Assembly (NCBI GenBank): GCA_003228095.2
Contig: QGNM01000002.1
Location: 9,029-73,028 of the forward strand
Direction: 5' to 3'
Source: Chloroflexota bacterium
GTDB taxonomy: Bacteria; Chloroflexota; Dehalococcoidia; Lucifugimonadales; UBA2962
Length of the DNA: 64,000 nt
Shown here: in pieces, positions 1 to 10,305 of the stretch
Numbering within the stretch: position 1 is the first letter of the stretch
Layout of the letters: the number at the start of each line of letters is the position of its first letter
The notes under the pieces: generated by a model
Database searches by the model: none
The model's input: only the letters and a program-made list of their open reading frames with translations
What the model was told of the DNA's origin: nothing
Made by a program: the position numbers and the translations under genes

Positions 1-89
1 TATTAGTGACTCCCCTTTTAAGTCAAATGAGGAATATAATATAAGTTCGTGCGATTCATTTTTACTTTTCCAAATGACAAATAATAAAC

Positions 90-1208
90 ATGACAACTAA
101 AAAAAGAGACTATTATGAGGTGCTAGGAGTACCTCGCGCAGCATCTGAAGAAGATATTAAAAAGGCTTTTAGAAAACTAGCTCTGAAATATCATCCAGAT
201 CGCAATAAAGCAGAAAGTGCTGAGTCCAAGTTTAAAGAAATAAATGAAGCTCACCAAGTTTTATCTGATTCATCTCTTCGAGCCAAATATGATCAATTCG
301 GACACCAAGGCGTGTCTGATCAAGCTGGATCTGGTTTTGAAGGATTTGATAATTTTGCTGGATTTGGAGATATATTCGAAACGTTTTTCGGAGGAAATGC
401 TGGACATCAGGCTGGTAGCCGAAATACCCAAGGAGCAAGCCTTCAAACTTCTGTGACAATTGAATTCCAAGATGTTGTTAATGGAATCGAACGAAAAATA
501 GACCTTATTAGATCTGAAAGTTGTAGCAAATGCAGGGGATCTAAATGCGAACCAGGATCAGAGTTAAAGTCATGCTCTAGCTGTAATGGACAAGGCAGGG
601 TTAGAAGAGCCTCCCAAGGCATGTTCGGACAGTTTGTTCAAGTAGTTGCTTGTAATGGGTGTTCTGGAGAAGGGCAAATTGTAACTAATCCGTGTAAGCA
701 ATGTAAGGGCCGTGGTTTTGAGCGCCAAAAGAGAAAGTTGGCTGTTACAATTCCAGCCGGCATTGAGGACGGGAATCAACTCAAGTTAACTGGAGAGGGT
801 GAAGCTAGCGCAAATGGCGGTAGGCCTGGCGATTTGTTCCTATCAGTAAATATAAAGAACCACCCATTATTTATACGTCAAGGTAATGATGTAAAGCATG
901 AGCAAATCATTGATATTGTACAAGCTAGTCTGGGAAGTAAAGTTTTAGTGACTACGCTAGATGGTGAAGCAGAATTAGACATACCTGCGGGCATTCAATC
1001 TGGTCAAGTCATCAGGTTACGTAATAAAGGCATTCCTTATCTTAGAAATCCAAAAAAACGAGGAAGTCAGTTAGTTGAAATAGTAGTTGAAGTACCTCGA
1101 GCATTATCAAAAAAGCAACGTGAAATTTTACAATCATTTGGTTCTACACTTGACAGCATGGATGATCGTTGGTCAAAGAAAATAAAAGATGTAACTAAGG
1201 GTAAATAA
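90..1208 (+). CDS. dnaJ: Molecular chaperone DnaJ
   Basis: N-terminal J domain with HPD motif (LKYHPDRN), Gly/Phe-rich linker, four CxxCxGxG-type zinc-finger repeats ([32 protein letters not shown]) and a C-terminal client-binding region. Confidence 0.95.
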   Translation: MTTKKRDYYEVLGVPRAASEEDIKKAFRKLALKYHPDRNKAESAESKFKEINEAHQVLSDSSLRAKYDQFGHQGVSDQAGSGFEGFDNFAGFGDIFETFFGGNAGHQAGSRNTQGASLQTSVTIEFQDVVNGIERKIDLIRSESCSKCRGSKCEPGSELKSCSSCNGQGRVRRASQGMFGQFVQVVACNGCSGEGQIVTNPCKQCKGRGFERQKRKLAVTIPAGIEDGNQLKLTGEGEASANGGRPGDLFLSVNIKNHPLFIRQGNDVKHEQIIDIVQASLGSKVLVTTLDGEAELDIPAGIQSGQVIRLRNKGIPYLRNPKKRGSQLVEIVVEVPRALSKKQREILQSFGSTLDSMDDRWSKKIKDVTKGK

Positions 1209-1264
1209 AGTATTAAACTAAAATAATTGAGTTTAATGTTTATATTATTTGAAGAAAAACCTCA

Positions 1265-2173
1265 ATGAATCCTGATATTACATGGATCGAACTTAGTGTT
1301 AAAACCCATTCAGAATTTGTGGAGCCTATATCCGAACTGTTTAGTACATATGGCGACGGAAATAATGTTGTTGAGATTGAGGGTGGATATAACCCTGATG
1401 AAGGAGAAATTCCGCCATACCAAGGTTGGGTAACAGTTAAAACATATATTCCTAAGGATTCTACATATTTAAAGAAACAAGGTGCAATTCAAGCTGGTAT
1501 AGAACTTTTCAGGTTAGTAGGGCAAATACAGTCGCTAAAATGCAAGGAACTATATGAAACAGAATGGAGGCAAGCGTACAAAAAACATATTGGACCCATT
1601 ACTATTGGTAAAAGAATTGCTATCGTTCCCAGCTGGGTTAATGACTATAATCCAGGTTGTCGATTTGTAATTAAATTGGATCCTGGGTTAGCTTTCGGGA
1701 CTGGGCATCACCCCACTACAAAAATGTGCCTAGAGTTAGTTGAAAATTTAATAGAGCCTGGTTCAACAGTTTTAGATTTGGGCTGTGGCTCTGCCATTCT
1801 CTCAATTGCAGCAGCGAAATTAGGCGCTAAACAAGTTACAGCATTGGACATTGATCCACAGGCCATTAGGGCAGCTGAACAAAATGTCATAGATAATGAT
1901 GTTGGAGGTATAGTCAACTCCTATCTTGGAAGTTTAAATGATATTGGAGTGCAGAAAAAATGCCAGTTATTGATTGCGAATATATCTTCAAAAGTGATAA
2001 TAGATATTTTACCTAAAATCAGTGCGCATTTAGATTCCGGAGGGAAAGCGATTTTATCCGGAATTGTTGTTGATAGAAAGAAAGTAATTGAGGGACATAT
2101 AAGAGATGCAGGCTTTCAAGTCCACAACGATATAATCAGTGAAGATTGGGTGTGCTTTTCAGTTTATAAATAA
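1265..2173 (+). CDS. prmA: Ribosomal protein L11 methyltransferase
   Basis: FGTGHHPTTKMCLE motif and SAM-binding LDLGCGSAILSIAA. Lies directly downstream of dnaJ, a common arrangement. Confidence 0.9.
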   Translation: MNPDITWIELSVKTHSEFVEPISELFSTYGDGNNVVEIEGGYNPDEGEIPPYQGWVTVKTYIPKDSTYLKKQGAIQAGIELFRLVGQIQSLKCKELYETEWRQAYKKHIGPITIGKRIAIVPSWVNDYNPGCRFVIKLDPGLAFGTGHHPTTKMCLELVENLIEPGSTVLDLGCGSAILSIAAAKLGAKQVTALDIDPQAIRAAEQNVIDNDVGGIVNSYLGSLNDIGVQKKCQLLIANISSKVIIDILPKISAHLDSGGKAILSGIVVDRKKVIEGHIRDAGFQVHNDIISEDWVCFSVYK

Positions 2174-2196
2174 TATCAAAGAAATAAATTAAGGGT

Positions 2197-3216
2197 TTAA
2201 TTCCATTCTGAGACTGGGTTTCGACCCAAAAGGGCTGACATTGCATCTTTTATGGAGAGGCTTTCATATAATATGCCGTAAGTACATTTAGTTATTGGCA
2301 TATCTACTTTTAGCCTTCTAGACAACTTGATTACTGCAGCTGTGGTCATTACACCTTCAGCAACTTGGTTCATTGATTGCAATGCGTTCTTTAAGTCCAT
2401 GCCTGAAGCCAGTTTGAACCCGATTGTACGGTTTCTGCTTAATTCACTGTAGCACGTGGCTATCATGTCACCCATGCCTGCTAAACCAGCAAGGGTTAAT
2501 GGGTTACCTCCTGCTGCTGCTGATAATCTGACCATTTCAGCTAAACCTCTGGTCACAAAAGCTGATTTGGCGTTATCTCCAACTTTCATACCGTCACATA
2601 TTCCAGCACCTATCGCAAAGATGTTTTTAAGTGCACCACCTAGTTCTACTCCAACTATGTCATTGTTTGTATAAACACGAAATAATTCAGAACTGAATAC
2701 ATCCTGAATTCTTTTAGCATGGATTTCAGAAGCGCAAGCTATAACCGTGGTTGATGGTTTCCCTTGCAAAATTTCGCTTGCAAGATTTGGTCCTGACAGA
2801 ACACATAAAGTTCCATTCCAACCAACTTCTAATTCTTCATGTATCATTTCAGTTATACGGAGACCAGTCGTTATTTCTAGTCCTTTTGTCGCACTTACCA
2901 AAATAGCTTCAGGTTTAATGAAACTTGAAATGCAACGGATATTTGCACGGATAGTATTGCTTGGTACGGCTATTACAACTATGTCTGCAACTTCGATGGC
3001 TATTTTGGGAGAGGATGTTACTGTTAAAGTACTTGGGAATGGGACACCGGGAGTAAATCTGCTATTTTCACCTGCCTTGATTAGTGTTTCAGCTTCCTCA
3101 TCCGTTCTGGCTAATAGTCGAACTATGATACCTTTTCTTGCAAGTAATATTGCTAGAGTAGTACCCCAACTAGTTGTTCCTATAACAGCGACTGTTTTTG
3201 TTTCTTGTGTATTCAT
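2197..3216 (-). CDS. gpsA: NAD(P)H-dependent glycerol-3-phosphate dehydrogenase
   Basis: N-terminal Rossmann segment VAVIGTTSWGTTLA, GGALKN motif, and the length and C-terminal region typical of GpsA. Downstream of plsY and der on the same strand. Confidence 0.9.
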   Translation of the reverse strand: MNTQETKTVAVIGTTSWGTTLAILLARKGIIVRLLARTDEEAETLIKAGENSRFTPGVPFPSTLTVTSSPKIAIEVADIVVIAVPSNTIRANIRCISSFIKPEAILVSATKGLEITTGLRITEMIHEELEVGWNGTLCVLSGPNLASEILQGKPSTTVIACASEIHAKRIQDVFSSELFRVYTNNDIVGVELGGALKNIFAIGAGICDGMKVGDNAKSAFVTRGLAEMVRLSAAAGGNPLTLAGLAGMGDMIATCYSELSRNRTIGFKLASGMDLKNALQSMNQVAEGVMTTAAVIKLSRRLKVDMPITKCTYGILYESLSIKDAMSALLGRNPVSEWN

Positions 3217-3250
3217 GTTTAAAACATTTATTAGGTTTACTTTAAATTTT

Positions 3251-3868
3251 TTATCCTTCTCTAAATTTACGTTCCTCCCCTTTTATTAAACGTTGAATAT
3301 TGTCAAAATGTCGTATGACTATAATGGGTCCACCAATTGCTCCAAACCATATGAATTCTGGTGGAGGTGCGCCTCCGGGAAGATTGATTTTAAATGCGGC
3401 AAAAATTATTAAAGCTAAGCAACCAATACTGGCCCCTATCATTGATCCAATAGACATATAACGAGAGATATAAACTATACTTAGGCCAATTACTGTCGCG
3501 ATTAATCCTGCCCAAGGATTAAGTATAAATAGTCCGGCCCAACCAGTGGAAATTGCTCTACCTCCACGAAAGCCAGCAAATACAGGAAACATATGACCTA
3601 TTATGGCAGCTAGTCCGGCAGCAGATTCAGCTCCCGGGGTGTCTGTCAATATTCTAGCTAGGACTATCGCAATTACAGCCTTAGACATGTCTAGAATTAG
3701 CACGGTGAGACCTACTTTTTTTCCAGAAACACGTATCACGTTGGTCATACCTGTTTTTCCACTACCGCTATCTCGAACGTCCACTTTAGTAATTAATTTT
3801 GTTGCTATAAGGCCAAAAGGAATAGATCCAAGAACATATCCAACTACGATAAAAACCAAATAGTCCAT
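3251..3868 (-). CDS. plsY: Glycerol-3-phosphate acyltransferase PlsY
   Basis: Polytopic membrane protein with GSIPFGLI and SGSGKTGMTNV motifs (PlsY signature SGxxGxTNV). Its ATG overlaps the der stop by 1 nt (TAATG at 3866-3870). Confidence 0.9.
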   Translation of the reverse strand: MDYLVFIVVGYVLGSIPFGLIATKLITKVDVRDSGSGKTGMTNVIRVSGKKVGLTVLILDMSKAVIAIVLARILTDTPGAESAAGLAAIIGHMFPVFAGFRGGRAISTGWAGLFILNPWAGLIATVIGLSIVYISRYMSIGSMIGASIGCLALIIFAAFKINLPGGAPPPEFIWFGAIGGPIIVIRHFDNIQRLIKGEERKFREG

Positions 3869-5211
3869 TACTGCTCTCCTCTTCCTTTAAATCGCATTTT
3901 TAAAGGAGCTCCTTCAAAACCATAGGCTTTCCTTATACTGTTTTCTAAGTACCTGCGATATGAGAAATGAACTAAGTCACTTTTATTTACATAAAAAGTA
4001 AATCCTGGTGGGCCACAAATATCTTGAGTTACTCCAAATACCTTCAATCCATGTCTTGGATTTGATGCTGGGGGGTGATCGGCAACTGCATTAAGTACAG
4101 TTCTTCGTAAATCATATCTTGGCAGACTTTGACTCCATTGTGCATGTACTTTAAATACTGTATCTAGCATTGAATCGAGGCCAGTTTTGTTTAAAGCGGA
4201 AGTAAACTGTATCGGTACAAAATGAATAAACTTCATTTTTTCTCTAATAATCTTTTTTGCGTCATCTTTTGACATTCCTTGGCTTTTAGATAGATCCCAT
4301 TTGTTAACCACAATTACAATCCCCCTGTATGCCTGTAGTAAATAACTGGCAACGTGTGAATCTTGACTTGTAGCTAATTCTGATGCATCTAATACTAATA
4401 AACATACTTCTGAGCGATCCACAGCCCTTATTGATCTAATTACGCTGTAATTCTCTATTCCAGGTTCGACACTTCCCCTACGTCTTATACCGGCAGTATC
4501 AATTAGCAGTATAGATTTATCTTTATGGCTAATTGAGCTATCTATAGCGTCTCTAGTTGTTCCAGGCACGTGACTAACAATCGAGCGATTATCACCCGTT
4601 AATGAATTTAACATTTGCGATTTTCCAACATTTGCTCTTCCAATTATGGCCAAACGTACGTCTGACTCAAATTCATTATTTAAATCGTTATTGGGCAGCC
4701 GTTCAATTACGGAAAGCATTAAGTTGTCAACTCCATGGTTGTGGTACGCACTAATGGGTATAGGATCTCCCAATCCAAGTTTATAAAATTCAGCCGTATT
4801 AGCTTCCCTTTGAAAGTTATCTGCTTTATTAACCGCCAACACTACTTGATTCCCTGCGACTCTAAGTTTTTGAGCAACTTCTACGTCATCAGGAGTAATG
4901 CCTGTATTTGCATCTGTGGCGAATATAATTACATCCGCATCTGAAATAGCTACGTCAACTTGCGATTGCACTTTATCTAATATCTCAGATGGAGTAGATA
5001 AGTTGGTATTGGCGGATTCAAGACCGCCGGTATCAACTAGCAAGAATGTTGTGTCCGCCCATTCCGTTTGAGTAATTAGGCGGTCACGCGTTGTTCCGGC
5101 AATATCGGATACTATCGCCTGCCTGTCACCAATAATTCTGTTAAATATAGTTGATTTACCAACATTTGGACGACCAACGATAGCCACTAAAGGGATAGCA
5201 TGATTTTTCAT
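3868..5211 (-). CDS. der: Ribosome-biogenesis GTPase Der (EngA)
   Basis: Two tandem GTPase domains with P-loops GRPNVGKST and GRANVGKSQ, DTGG/DTAG and NKxD motifs in each, and a C-terminal KH-like domain. Confidence 0.95.
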   Translation of the reverse strand: MKNHAIPLVAIVGRPNVGKSTIFNRIIGDRQAIVSDIAGTTRDRLITQTEWADTTFLLVDTGGLESANTNLSTPSEILDKVQSQVDVAISDADVIIFATDANTGITPDDVEVAQKLRVAGNQVVLAVNKADNFQREANTAEFYKLGLGDPIPISAYHNHGVDNLMLSVIERLPNNDLNNEFESDVRLAIIGRANVGKSQMLNSLTGDNRSIVSHVPGTTRDAIDSSISHKDKSILLIDTAGIRRRGSVEPGIENYSVIRSIRAVDRSEVCLLVLDASELATSQDSHVASYLLQAYRGIVIVVNKWDLSKSQGMSKDDAKKIIREKMKFIHFVPIQFTSALNKTGLDSMLDTVFKVHAQWSQSLPRYDLRRTVLNAVADHPPASNPRHGLKVFGVTQDICGPPGFTFYVNKSDLVHFSYRRYLENSIRKAYGFEGAPLKMRFKGRGEQ

Positions 5212-5222
5212 TTACTTATTAC

Positions 5223-6134
5223 CTATTTTAATAAGCTTGACAGGATTGCTTTTTGCATATGAAGTCTATTTTCTGCCTGATCGAATACAACGGATTGTGG
5301 ATGATATAACAGCCCTGAAGATATCTCCTCGCCGTCGTGGGCCGGCATGTCATGCATAAATATCGCTTCATTTTTTGCCAAGTTTATTATTTCTGGAGTG
5401 ACTTGATATCCCCCAAAGTCTTGTATTCTTTGTTTTGATTGATCTTCATCGCCCATACTAACCCAAACATCTGTATAAATTACATCTGCCTTTTCGACAG
5501 CAGCATGTGGGTTTTGGTTCCATTCGAGATTAGATCCAGTCTTTTGTGCTTGTGCGAGTGCTGTTTTCCAGATGGCACCATCAATTTTATACTTTTCTGG
5601 ACTACACATTGTAAAGTTTACCCCAAGTGCAGCTGCACATAATGCCAAGCTTATTGCCACATTGTTACCATCTCCGATAAAAACAATCTTAGTATTTTCA
5701 ATATGACCTAACTTTTCGTCTATTGTTAACATGTCGGATAATGCTTGGCAAGGATGTTCTATATCAGATAGAGCATTTATTATGGGAATAGAACAACTCT
5801 CCTCAAGTAGTGTAAGTGTTTCATGATCGAATACTCGAGCAATTATCCCATCGAACCATCTATCTAAAACATTTGCTATATCTTTTACAGGTTCTCGGTT
5901 TCCCATGCCAATATTATTATTATCTAGATAAACACAATTACCTCCTAATTGCTTTATTCCAAGTTCAAAACTAGCTCGAGTTCGAAGCGAAGGCTTTTCA
6001 AACAACAAAGCCAAGGATTTATTTTTAAGCGAGTGTTCAGAAATCTTCTTACCTGCCTTAAGATCTTTGGCTAGTAATATAAGATTTTTGATCTGATTAT
6101 TAGTTAAATCAGATATAGACAATAAATTTTTCAT
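5223..6134 (-). CDS. Ornithine carbamoyltransferase-family transcarbamylase with divergent substrate motifs
   Basis: FEKPSLRTRASFE (carbamoyl-phosphate site), HPCQALSD, DVWVSMG loop and FMHDMPAH. I trimmed the track ORF (to 6329) to the ATG at 6134 (MKNLLSISDL...), because the 65-aa extension is hydrophobic junk that runs into the divergent gene. Confidence 0.8.
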   Translation of the reverse strand: MKNLLSISDLTNNQIKNLILLAKDLKAGKKISEHSLKNKSLALLFEKPSLRTRASFELGIKQLGGNCVYLDNNNIGMGNREPVKDIANVLDRWFDGIIARVFDHETLTLLEESCSIPIINALSDIEHPCQALSDMLTIDEKLGHIENTKIVFIGDGNNVAISLALCAAALGVNFTMCSPEKYKIDGAIWKTALAQAQKTGSNLEWNQNPHAAVEKADVIYTDVWVSMGDEDQSKQRIQDFGGYQVTPEIINLAKNEAIFMHDMPAHDGEEISSGLLYHPQSVVFDQAENRLHMQKAILSSLLK

Positions 6135-6240
6135 CAAACAATTTTCCTTAAGGCCGGATAATAAGTCACAATTTCCTAAAACCGCAAGGTAGAAGGGTGA
6201 AGTTAAATGATTATTAATAGATAATATTATCAATAAAGTC

Positions 6241-6570
6241 ATGTATAAAGACATTAAAGCAAAAAGTGTAGCCTTAAACGGAAGCACAATAGAAATCGAG
6301 TGGAGTGATGGAGAGGCGTCTAAATACAATGCAAGAGATATGCGTCTTAACTGTGGATGTGCGGAATGTGTTGAAGAATGGAGTAAGCGGCAAATCCTGG
6401 ATCCAGCATCTGTACCTATTGATATAAGAGCGGAAGATTATATTTTGGTGGGTAACTATGCAATACAATTTCTGTGGAGCGACGCGCACTACACTGGTAT
6501 ATACCCATTTGACGTCATTAGAAAACTTTTTCCATCTACTGGAAATAACGTTTCCAAATGCGAAACTTAA
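6241..6570 (+). CDS. DUF971 (gamma-butyrobetaine hydroxylase-like N-terminal domain) protein
   Basis: IEIEWSDGEASKYNARDMRLNCGCAEC matches the DUF971 pattern (W.DG....y....LR..C.CA.C). Size is about 100 aa. Confidence 0.75.
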   Translation: MYKDIKAKSVALNGSTIEIEWSDGEASKYNARDMRLNCGCAECVEEWSKRQILDPASVPIDIRAEDYILVGNYAIQFLWSDAHYTGIYPFDVIRKLFPSTGNNVSKCET

Positions 6571-6600
6571 AATCAATGTTTTTCAATATCAATCTAATCG

Positions 6601-7347
6601 ATGAAGTTAAGACCTAGAATGAAAATGAAACTTCCAAACGCAGCATTTTTTGATCTTGACGATACGATTTTGGGAACGACTGAATGCTCTAATACCTGCT
6701 GGAAATTATTGTCAGAAGAATATGCTTATATATTTCAACAAAATGGTCATCCAGATATAAGTCCAGAAGATATTGTGAGATCAATCAGCAATTTTCGTTT
6801 GTGGTTTTGGTCTGATGAAAATCGTAATCAATCTGGAAGATTGAACCCGGAACAAGCTCTTTTAGAAACTATTAAAGGTGGATTAGAGACGCTTGGCATC
6901 AAAGATTCAGCAATAATCGAGTCAATGTCTCATAAGTGGGACAATATGAGATGGGAAATTTTAAAGCCATTGCCAAAAGCAATTGACACTATAAAAGAAT
7001 TAAAGTTAGCCGGCGTTAAACTTGCGTTGATTACAAATGGAAATGCTCAAATACAGGCTAAAAAAGTACAAATCCTAGAATTGCAAAATCTAATGGACCA
7101 CATACAGATTGAAGGCGAATTTGGTTTAGGTAAACCAGATCCAGAAGCTTATTTGAATGCTCTAAAAGAGCTTAATGTAGCTCCTGAGGAAACTTGGATG
7201 GCAGGGGATCATATAGAGTTTGATGTTATAGCTCCAATGAAGTTAGGTATCTACGGTATTTGGGTAGACACAAATAAAATTGGACTTAAATCACACAAAG
7301 GATATTCTCCAGATTTAGTGGTGGAATCTATATCTGAATTGGTTTAG
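6601..7347 (+). CDS. HAD-superfamily hydrolase
   Basis: DxDxT nucleophile motif (FFDLDDTIL), ITNG, GKPDPEAY and GD motifs of HAD subfamily IA. The start may be one of the downstream Met codons. Confidence 0.85.
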   Translation: MKLRPRMKMKLPNAAFFDLDDTILGTTECSNTCWKLLSEEYAYIFQQNGHPDISPEDIVRSISNFRLWFWSDENRNQSGRLNPEQALLETIKGGLETLGIKDSAIIESMSHKWDNMRWEILKPLPKAIDTIKELKLAGVKLALITNGNAQIQAKKVQILELQNLMDHIQIEGEFGLGKPDPEAYLNALKELNVAPEETWMAGDHIEFDVIAPMKLGIYGIWVDTNKIGLKSHKGYSPDLVVESISELV

Positions 7348-7577
7348 ATCACCTTATTAAATTATAAAATAAACTATCTTACAGACAGTAACATCAGAGA
7401 ACATGCATGGCTGAGCATTGAGGATCAACTCATCTTTACTATCTAACTCAATATTAGAGGTAGATATGAAGTCGGATATATGTCCACTACAATAGTTGTC
7501 AGTAATACCATTAAAAGTAGTGTTTTATGGATGGTAATTTGTGTCTGGTTCGCGAAATTAAAGATACCCATAGCCCA

Positions 7578-8444
7578 TCAGATAATCGCGAGTTTAGGCT
7601 CCGTTTTATGAGGTACTTGTGAGGTGACAATATTCTCCTGTTGATCTAAGCTCAAACCCCTATATCTTTCTGCCGCATCTAAAACCATAGGTAAAAGAGA
7701 CGGCTCACCACAACTCGGGGCGGTATGGATAGACTGAGATAGCTGCCACCATAGGGCATTGTCAATTGATTTCTGGTCTCTGTGAGGGTCGTACCAGGTT
7801 CCTAAATCTGGAACAGAATCACCCCATCCGCCCCTAGCAATCATTTTTATGGCCTGGATACCAATATCTTTGCTATGACAGATAGATATTAATTTCTCTG
7901 CTTCATTTCGGTATTCGGTATTTGAATACATGGTAGCGTTGACGGGGAACATAATTGTATCAAAATCGAACCTTTTTATAGCTTCGAGATGAGTTTTTGG
8001 AACTGTCGGACCATGACCGGTTATACCGAGCCATTTTGTAAGTCCTTGTTCTTTCATTTCAATCAAAGCTTGTAGAGCTCCATCGGGGCTCATTACAAGA
8101 TCTAGAGTTTCGAGATCTATCACTGAGTGCAACTGAAAAAGATCAAAGGTTTCCACTTTCATCCTTTTCATTATGTCTTCTATATTTCTCCAGGCTTCAT
8201 CCCTTGTCCTCATGGGGGTTTTGGAACCCAAAAACATTTTTTTCTGCAGATCTGGCATCCATGGAGCAATTCTTTCCATAGCATTTGAATAACCGGGAGC
8301 AATATCTATGTGGTTTACTTCATGATCTAAACATAACTGGATGACATCATCTGCGTATTTCTGGGTTAATTCACCTATTGAATATGAACCAAAAGTAACT
8401 ACGGTACTCTCATGACCTGTTCTTCCTAGCCGACGTTTTTCCAT
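7578..8444 (-). CDS. Aldo/keto reductase family oxidoreductase
   Basis: N-terminus MEKRRLGRTGHESTVVTFGS and overall TIM-barrel AKR-like pattern (HIDIAPGY..., GITGHG). Confidence 0.75.
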   Translation of the reverse strand: MEKRRLGRTGHESTVVTFGSYSIGELTQKYADDVIQLCLDHEVNHIDIAPGYSNAMERIAPWMPDLQKKMFLGSKTPMRTRDEAWRNIEDIMKRMKVETFDLFQLHSVIDLETLDLVMSPDGALQALIEMKEQGLTKWLGITGHGPTVPKTHLEAIKRFDFDTIMFPVNATMYSNTEYRNEAEKLISICHSKDIGIQAIKMIARGGWGDSVPDLGTWYDPHRDQKSIDNALWWQLSQSIHTAPSCGEPSLLPMVLDAAERYRGLSLDQQENIVTSQVPHKTEPKLAII

Positions 8445-8605
8445 GAGTTAACTCCCTTTGATTTAATGATCTAGTATATTTTATCTAGAATTTAACCGAG
8501 GTACAGAAAATTTAAATTAATCGTAAGGGAATACTTATTTTGTTTATCGTATAACTAACAGACACTGGGGGGATGTGTTGGAAATAGTGGAATCAATTAA
8601 TAAAT

Positions 8606-9433
8606 CTAGATTAATGTGTTGTCTATGAGTCTTGTATTTCCACAATAAGCTGCTATTAGGGCTATTGCGGGACCATTAATATATTCAATTTCACTTAGTG
8701 ATTCAGGGTCACAGATTGCCAGGTAGTCTACGTTCAGTTTGTGCTGAATCAAGACACGTTTCATTTCAGCTTTAATTTGACCTGTAGACTGTTCTCCATT
8801 TAATCTTAATTCACGAGCTACTTGTAATGCAGAAAATAAACCTACGGCAGACTGTTTCTGTAGTTCAGTTAAGTGAATATTCCTGCTAGATTTAGCGAGG
8901 CCATCTGCGTCTCGACAGGTATCTACTGACACCAGTCTAGTTTGTATATTAAGATCTATAATCATACGCTTAATCATCAACAACTGCTGGATATCCTTTT
9001 GCCCAAAATATACAAAGTCTGGTTGGCAGATGTTAATTAACTTGATAACTATAGTGGCTACACTATCCAAATGGCCTGGCCTAGAAGCGCCTTCTAGTCG
9101 GCTGCTTAAGTCTTTAACATTTACAGTTGTTGTATATGATTGAGGATACATTTCCTCTAGGTCAGGATTAAAAATGAGGTCAACTCCATTATCTTCCATA
9201 ATTTCTATGTCTTGAGATAGGTTTTTAGGATAATTTAAATAATCGTTTTTAACATTAAATTGAGTTGGGTTAATAAATATAGAAGCAACAACTGTGCCGC
9301 AATTTGCCCTGGCTTCTTTTAATAAAGCAACATGACCTTCGTGTAACGCCCCCATCGTTGCTACTAACCCGATAGGGCTAGTAGCATTAGATAGTAAATT
9401 CCTGAATTCACAAACTGTTTTTGTTATTTTCAT
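8606..9433 (-). CDS. panC: Pantoate-beta-alanine ligase
   Basis: MGALHEGHVALL (HIGH-like motif), YFGQKDIQQ and KSSRN motifs. 2-nt gap after panB. Confidence 0.95.
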   Translation of the reverse strand: MKITKTVCEFRNLLSNATSPIGLVATMGALHEGHVALLKEARANCGTVVASIFINPTQFNVKNDYLNYPKNLSQDIEIMEDNGVDLIFNPDLEEMYPQSYTTTVNVKDLSSRLEGASRPGHLDSVATIVIKLINICQPDFVYFGQKDIQQLLMIKRMIIDLNIQTRLVSVDTCRDADGLAKSSRNIHLTELQKQSAVGLFSALQVARELRLNGEQSTGQIKAEMKRVLIQHKLNVDYLAICDPESLSEIEYINGPAIALIAAYCGNTRLIDNTLI

Positions 9434-9435
9434 TA

Positions 9436-10263
9436 TTAACTATCATATTGGACAGAAAAACTATGAGAATTATTTGGAAATGTTTTACCCTTTACTTCAT
9501 TTAAATATTCTTTCAATCCGTTACGGGTTTGTTCGGCCAGATTAACGTATTGTTTGGTGTGTTTTGGAGTGAACAATTCGAATAATCCCAAAATGTCATG
9601 CATTACCTGTATCTGGCCATCGCAATCAATTCCGGCGCCAATTCCTATTGTGGGTATTTTTAATTTAGAGGTTATTTGTTTTGACACCTCTGTGGGAATT
9701 AATTCTAATACGATTGCATATGCTCCAGCATGTTCTAATGCTATTGCTTCATCAATTAGCCTATCTGCTTGTTTTTTCGATTTACCCTGTACCTTATGTC
9801 CGCCAATTTGATTAATTGATTGTGGGGTAAGTCCGATATGTCCCATTACGGGAATTCCGCAAGACACTAAGAGTTTCACGGTTTCACATATGTGATGACC
9901 GCCTTCAAGCTTAACGCTTTGTGCTCCGGCTTCTTTTAAAAACCTGCCAGCGTTTAGAATAGACCTATCGATACTAGAATTGTAGCTAAGAAATGGCATG
10001 TCTGCTACAACATGAGTGCTTTTAGCTCCTCTGACTACCGACCTTGTGTGCATCAGAGCTTCATCTATTGTTAAAGGAATAGTTGTGTCATTGCCCAACA
10101 TGATTTGACTTAAAGAATCCCCGACAAGAATTGCATCAAATCCTATGTCATCTATTATTCTGGCAGAAGTGAAATCGTATGCTGTAACCATAGCTATTGG
10201 TTCATCATGTTCCTTCATTTTAGAAAGTTTATGAATACTAGTTTTCATTTGGTACCTCCTCAA
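9436..10263 (-). CDS. panB: 3-methyl-2-oxobutanoate hydroxymethyltransferase
   Basis: MVTAYD, LVGDSL, KLEGG and IGIGAG motifs typical of PanB. Confidence 0.95.
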   Translation of the reverse strand: MRRYQMKTSIHKLSKMKEHDEPIAMVTAYDFTSARIIDDIGFDAILVGDSLSQIMLGNDTTIPLTIDEALMHTRSVVRGAKSTHVVADMPFLSYNSSIDRSILNAGRFLKEAGAQSVKLEGGHHICETVKLLVSCGIPVMGHIGLTPQSINQIGGHKVQGKSKKQADRLIDEAIALEHAGAYAIVLELIPTEVSKQITSKLKIPTIGIGAGIDCDGQIQVMHDILGLFELFTPKHTKQYVNLAEQTRNGLKEYLNEVKGKTFPNNSHSFSVQYDS

Positions 10264-10305
10264 TATGCCCGAGTGAGGGCCGACGCGTTAACTAATTATA
10301 TTTAA

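Noticed and set aside
3-29. CIRCE-like inverted repeat (TTAGTGACT-N9-AGTCAAATG) upstream of dnaJ
   Set aside because: Only 5 of 9 positions pair, and the half-sites differ from the CIRCE consensus TTAGCACTC-N9-GAGTGCTAA. It also sits at the window edge without upstream context. It is too weak to call an HrcA operator.
2747-3289. 180-aa plus-strand ORF antisense to gpsA. The same applies to the long antisense ORFs at 12453-12881, 15919-16284, 39769-40119, 41013-41552, 42841-43464, 49589-49936 and 52804-53298
   Set aside because: Each lies entirely inside a gene on the opposite strand that has strong family motifs. Their translations are low-complexity (Ser/Pro/Thr/Ile-rich) with no recognisable domains, start context or SD. 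They are typical shadow ORFs.
6198-6236. AT-rich quasi-palindrome (TGATTATTAATAGATAATATTATCA) between the transcarbamylase and the DUF971 gene, considered as an ARG box
   Set aside because: The symmetry is poor beyond the terminal TGAT/ATCA, and the match to ArgR/AhrC consensus is marginal in an AT-rich spacer.
6135-6329. 65-aa N-terminal extension of the transcarbamylase ORF in the track
   Set aside because: The extension is hydrophobic and unlike any transcarbamylase N-terminus. It also overlaps the divergent DUF971 gene start. The family-typical N-terminus begins at the internal ATG (6134).
7443-7571. 42-aa hydrophobic minus-strand ORF (MGIFNFANQTQITIHKTLLLMVLLTTIVVDIYPTSYLPLILS) just downstream of the aldo/keto reductase
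   Set aside because: It has no convincing Shine-Dalgarno and an AT-rich context where such frames arise by chance, and nothing else supports it. Left as a possibility only.
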